64,000 nt of DNA. It comes from Macrostomum lignano (Eukaryota). Below, piece by piece: positions 59,014 to 64,000 of the stretch. The notes beneath the pieces are model-generated. The model saw only the letters and a program-made list of their open reading frames with translations, ran no database searches and had not been told where the DNA came from. Both the position numbers and the translations under genes were made by a program. The stretch is from the NCBI GenBank assembly GCA_002269645.1, contig NIVC01001690.1, forward strand, positions 1-64,000, given 5' to 3'. The stretch's first letter is position 1. Every line of letters begins with the position of its first letter.

Positions 59014-61128
59014 TTAGCCATCGCGACCGCTACCAGTAATCCTACAACAGCCGAGCTGACAATTCGCAAATTTACGAAACTCTGGCAGCAACAGAATAAA
59101 CAGCAGAGGATTAGTGATGCTATTCAAAGCCACGAGCATCGGATAGAACAGCCTGGCCAACAGGCTGTCGATACCCGGGCTGCCAGTCAGCGGCAGGTCT
59201 GAGTTGTTCAGATTGCGCCAGATGAAGCTGACAGCACCGAGGCTGTGCAGCAGGGTGTACAAGCAGCACGAGGCCGCTATGGCTTTCGTAAGCCGCCTGG
59301 TTGCTTTGGAAACGATGCTTAAACGACGTTCGTTTACAGACGCTGCAGCAGCCAATTCTACTGGCTGATTGTCAACGCTGCGACGCAAAACGGTCAGGGT
59401 GATGGCATAGGTGGCCAGCATAACAGTCAGGGGCAGTAGCCAGATTGTGAGGAAGTTTGCCACGCCGAAAGCCGTCAACAGCGGCGTCGGGGCGCTGAAT
59501 GTGACGCATCTGGTCGGGAGTTTTCAATGGAACATTGGTCACATCATGTACATTGGAAAGGAGCCTGAATATCGTTATATTCACCCCGTTATGAAGTTGT
59601 GAAATCACGAACTCACTCATGAACTCACTCATGAACTCACTCATGAACTCACTCATTATGAACTCACTCATGAACTCACTCATGAACTCACTCATGAACT
59701 CACTCATGAACTCACTCATTATGAACTCACTCATGAACTCACTCATGAACTCACTCATGAACTCACTCATGAACCCACTCATGAACCCACTCATGAACTC
59801 ACTCATGAACTCGCTCATGAATTCACTCATGAATTCACTCATGAACTCACTCATCATGAACTCACTCATGAACTCACTCATGAACTCACTCATGAACTCA
59901 CTCATGAACTCACTCATGAACTCACTCATGAACTCACTCATGAACTCACTCATGAACTCACTCATGAACTCACTCATGAACTCACTCATGAACTCACTCA
60001 TGAACTCACTCATTATGAACTCACTCATGAACTCACTCATGAATTCACCCATGAACTCACTCATGAACAACTCACTGATTCATAAACTTATTAATAAACT
60101 CATAACCTCACTCTTGAATTCACTGATGAAAACTCACCTATGAGCTTAATCATTAACTTACTCAAGAAGTCACTCAAAAGCTTGATAAATCAAGAACTCA
60201 CTCGCTCAATCATCAATTCACTCGTCTGGGGGGGGGGCGTAGCCCACGGGGTCTCGCACGGCTCTCTGATGTGCCAGCGGCCCAGGCTCGATTCCAAGTG
60301 CAGTCAAATTGATTTGGGGCTAAATTGGAATCTCGGCTTGGCTCTGCTCGTGGAATTTACCCCCTGCCCTTGAGGGCCAACCCCAAGGCACAGTGAGGGC
60401 CAACCCCAGGGCACAATAAGGGCCAACCCCAAGGCACAGTGAGGGCCAACCCCAAGGCACAGTGAGGGCCAACCCCAGGGCACAGTGAGGGCCAACCCCA
60501 AGGCACAGTGAGGGCCAACCCCAAGGTACAGTGAGGGCCAACCCCAAGGCATAGCGGAGCCGGCGGAACTCACTCACTTGTAGCCAGGAGTTGCATTGGC
60601 AGCGGCCCCCTCAGCCAGCGAAGGCACAGCGGAGGTGCTGATGAGGGAGAACGGCAGGTTCACAGGCAGGCTGGATGCAGCTGGCAGGGCAACCAGCAGC
60701 AGCCGCAGTCTGCGCCAGTGCAGGCGGTACCAGAACGGGGCACCCAAGCAGACGCAGCGCTCGATTGACAAGCCGACTAAACAGTACGTGCTGGCGTTCA
60801 CAAACAGCCAGAAGGTCATGTGGCTGTACACAACAGTGCAGTAGATTTGCCACAGCGCCAGCTCAGCGGCAGGATGCGGTCTCGGCACCAGCGGCAGCTG
60901 CACTGTGACCAGGTGTGTCAGCATCACTCCAATGTCAAACGCAGCGTTGGCTCGCATCAAAACGGTGCAAATTGCGGTGCCAATTTTGCACCGCATCGAA
61001 TAGGCAATCAGCAGGCAGTTGAGGCAGAGGCCAAGCAGAAGGACTGGCAGCTGTGCGATGCCAATCGCTATTCGCAGGCTTCTCTCGGTGTCAGATAGCA
61101 CTGACAGTGGAGACGATACGGAGGACAT
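59014..61128 (-). CDS. Class A (rhodopsin-like) GPCR, 2 exons, ~348 aa
   Basis: Exons 61128-60578 and 59509-59014 join in phase 2 (GYK|CVTF); seven hydrophobic segments, GLCLN in TM1, SIERC at the TM3 end, NSITNPLLF in TM7; alternative start at 61188. Confidence 0.85.
59610..60070. repeat. 12-bp minisatellite in GPCR intron
   Basis: ATGAACTCACTC units. Confidence 0.95.
60229..60365 (+). mobile_element. tRNA-like head (second SINE family or tRNA pseudogene) in GPCR intron
   Basis: GGGGCGTAGCCCACGGGG (box A-like) ... GGCTCGATTCC (box B-like); body unlike the CORE-SINE. Confidence 0.45.
60370..60550. repeat. 23-bp minisatellite in GPCR intron
   Basis: GAGGGCCAACCCCAAGGCACAGT units. Confidence 0.9.
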
Positions 61129-61503
61129 TGTGTCCGGGATGACTTGAGTGAAACGTTTTCGACTTATATAGCCATATGGTATCCGCATGAGCCAGCAAAC
61201 TTCCGTCAATATTAGTTTGATTGATTGCAGATTAAACTAATTTTACCCAAGCCAATATGGCTATTAGGCCAGAGTGAAAGTGGCTTATTCAGTGCGTTAG
61301 ATTGGTAGAAGGCTCTCCCTGTTTGCCTGCATGCACAACTCGATGAGAGAGATTTGTAAACACGGGAGACCCCGTGACTGAATCATGTTGACTCTGTGCA
61401 GGCATGAACTCAGCTGTGGCTACAGCAGCTCGAAATTAAATTTGTGAAAAAACAGAGCAAAACTAAGATCTTTTCAGTAAGGTAGGCATCTGAAGTGAAT
61501 TAC

Positions 61504-62139
61504 GGTTACTTCGGTGACAGTCAGTTCGGTGACAGAAATGTGTGCATAATTTCACATTTAAAACTGAAATAGATTATAGATTACGAGTGGCTCTAGATTA
61601 GTCACTCTGAGTAATTTGATGCCTTGCTTAAATAGGCCAGTTTCGAAAAGGAAGTATACTGCTTGTTTAATGTGACGTGTTTCTAAGAAAAAGAACGTAT
61701 ATTTTAATTTTTAAGATTTCTTTTCAAAGCAAAGTGCTTCTCAGAAACATGCTATATTTACTTTTACGCTTTCTTATTTCGTCAAAAACATAACTTGTCA
61801 AAAGCTTACAAAATGAAATATAAAATACTGTGTCCATGCCAAGCATAGATGTAAAGGAAAAATTAAGTTAGATTAATTAAGGGTTAGATTTATTTTTCAT
61901 GTTTATTTCTTAGAAACCCTTCACTTAAACAAAAAATTGTAATGTCCCTTAGAGGATATATATTGTATCTTAACTTTGCAGGACACTGAAATATAGTAAT
62001 TACTAAGAAAACTATTTTAAACTAAATTCAAAATCCATTTTAAATTTTGGACGAAAAGGTTTTTTACGAAAATGTCCTATTGAACCATTCGCATTGGCTC
62101 GACACATTTGTCACCGAACTGACTGTCACCGAAGTAACC
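61504..62139. mobile_element. MITE with ~40-bp TIRs
   Basis: GGTTACTTCGGTGACAGTCAGTTCGGTGACA... / ...TGTCACCGAACTGACTGTCACCGAAGTAACC; AT-rich interior; no TSD recognised. Confidence 0.75.
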
Positions 62140-62264
62140 AGTTCCCTCTGTAGTATCTGAGTGTTTGAAGCTCAACCTGCTCTCAACATGTCGGTAGCAC
62201 GACAATTGCCCGCGCACAACTGCCTGCAGCCTGAAATTATTAATATTATTTTTAACCTGTTGTA

Positions 62265-62585
62265 GGGGGCTGTAGCGTAGTTGTTAGGACGTCGGATTCA
62301 CGACTAGAAGGTCGGGAGTTCGATTCTCGACCCACTCGGAACAATTTGTGTCCTTGAGCAAGACACTTAACTCTGCATTGCTTCAGTTCACCCAGCTGTA
62401 AAATGGGTTCCAGCTTTAGCTGGGGTAATTGGGGCTGTGTGTGGCGACCCCCCAGTCCTTGGACTGAACAGCCGTACGCAGCCTTCAGATGCGCCGCGCA
62501 ATAGCTGCGACTGAGCTGTCGGTTGCACATCTGGCCTAAATGAGGCAGGTGTTATCAATAGTAATTGTTATTATTATTGTTATTT
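62265..62585 (+). mobile_element. CORE-like SINE, copy 4 (full length)
   Basis: Same head, core and tail as the other copies. Confidence 0.9.
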
Positions 62586-63454
62586 TTAGGCTTTCCGTAT
62601 AAAAACAAACTAGTGTTACGCAAGGCCCACATTGTATTATAGCCTCTTCTGTAGCAGAAAGAAGCTAAACTAACAGATGGTGCAAAGGGAAAGGTAAGAA
62701 AGTAAAAAAAAATTGTCTTTACTGACCATTCTTCACGAAGGGGCCTCGACGGAGAGACAAAAAATACGTAAAATGGAGACTTCGTGTGAACTTGAGGCTT
62801 TCAAATCGAAGCGGCTGTCTGATTGAGCGCGCTGGACCGACAATGAGAGATGAATCATTGATAACTGCTTCAATTACGTTTTAAAACATTTCAAGGACGC
62901 TGCTGCAACCCCGACTAGAAGTGCAGACCAAGAACTGGGGAGAAAAACTGCAAAACCAACGCCATCGAAAAGCGCCAGCAGACACAAGCGCCAGTGTATT
63001 TATACACCGCCGGACTATTATAAACTTAAGCTCATAAGGTGGAGTCCCTAATTATCTCCTTGCTTGTTCTCTCCTATCCCAGGTCCAATTTTTGCCGCTT
63101 ATTTGCCAAATCCAGCTTCCTGTTGTCACTGTGAGCAGAATGATATACTATTTGTGTACATAGGTTACTCGGGCTCCATTTTATGAGCTTTAGTTGACAG
63201 GCCCTCACTTTAGAAAGCCCAGCACGTGAACAGCCTATGAAGCTTGCGAAAAAATTCCCAATTAGCCTATCTATCAAGTGTACATAAGGCCTTATGGCCA
63301 TAAAGCCTGCTACTTGCTACTTGTCGTTTGGCCACATCACATAATCTTTTCATGAAACTTTTTTGCTTTGGAATAGTACTTTTATACACTCGTAGATTGT
63401 TTATGGCAGATGTTCAACCTTTCATCAGTTTTTGAAGTCATTTTTTCAGCAAGA

Positions 63455-63680
63455 ACTCAAAGCCTATTCACCAGACCTGGCCCCTTCGGATTTCTACTTG
63501 TTCCGCCAGCTGAAGAAGCCACTCCGAGGGCGCCATTTTGAGTCCAATGAGGAGGTCATCGCCCTCGTGAACCAGTGGCTGGAGGACCAGACGGTAACCT
63601 TCTACACCAGTGGCATCCAAGAGCTGCACGACCGTTGGCAGAAGTGTATTGATCGCCAAGGAGATTATGTTGAAAAATAA
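63455..63680 (+). pseudogene. Mariner transposase 3' fragment (different subfamily from 23722)
   Basis: YSPDLAPSDFYLFRQLKKPLRGRHF...RWQKCIDRQGDYVEK*; 5' part missing. Confidence 0.9.
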
Positions 63681-64000
63681 TGTAGCCTTGTCCCAGCATT
63701 CTTTGTTTGAATATACAGACGACAAACTTTTTGAACTTAAATATTGGGGAGATCGGTAACCGGAAGCCCTAAATCGCGGAGACCCTTAACCTGTTATTTA
63801 TACTCTGGGAAGCCCTTTGGGGACTAAAGGTTAATGAAGGCTTCTATTTTTCCTTTCAGGTCTGAACAACAGCAAGAGATCCATCAGCTAGACTGGAAGT
63901 GTTCAATCTCCAGCACTAAATTGACAATATCTCACCCTCTAGACTTTCGAACTTACTGAATTGCACTGAATATGTTAATGAGTGGGTAAGTGAGTGAGTG

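Noticed and set aside
59372-60143. MSEFMSEF / MNSLMNSL ORFs
   Set aside because: 12-bp repeat in the GPCR intron
63021-63195. Imperfect ~25-bp inverted repeat pair
   Set aside because: Too short and diverged, no TSD; at most an old MITE

Overview
Eukaryotic (animal) genomic DNA, not prokaryotic: spliceosomal multi-exon genes, tRNA-derived SINEs, DNA transposons and many tandem repeats. The style (GC-rich exons, a micro/minisatellite in most introns, an ankyrin/Mab-21 locus) suggests a free-living flatworm such as Macrostomum; this is an unverified inference. Genes reconstructed by hand: an RBM22 homologue lacking its RRM (-), an intronless type II membrane METTL24-like methyltransferase (+), a FABP (+), ankyrin-repeat exons followed by a Mab-21/cGAS-like (cGLR) nucleotidyltransferase (+), a small 2-TM orphan (-) head-to-head with a 7-exon low-complexity orphan (+), a complete 12-exon transglutaminase (+) and a class A GPCR (-). 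Mobile DNA: an intact DD34D mariner with ~190-bp TIRs, several hAT-type MITEs with 8-bp TSDs, four CORE-like SINE copies, an RTE-like LINE fragment and two adjacent non-autonomous TIR elements. One of these two carries a Spindlin-like Tudor gene and the other a PHD-finger remnant. Best leads: the Tudor-carrying transposon, the ankyrin/cGLR locus and the RRM-less RBM22. Most long ORFs in the supplied track are tandem-repeat artefacts. All homology calls come from motif recognition by eye; no database search was run.
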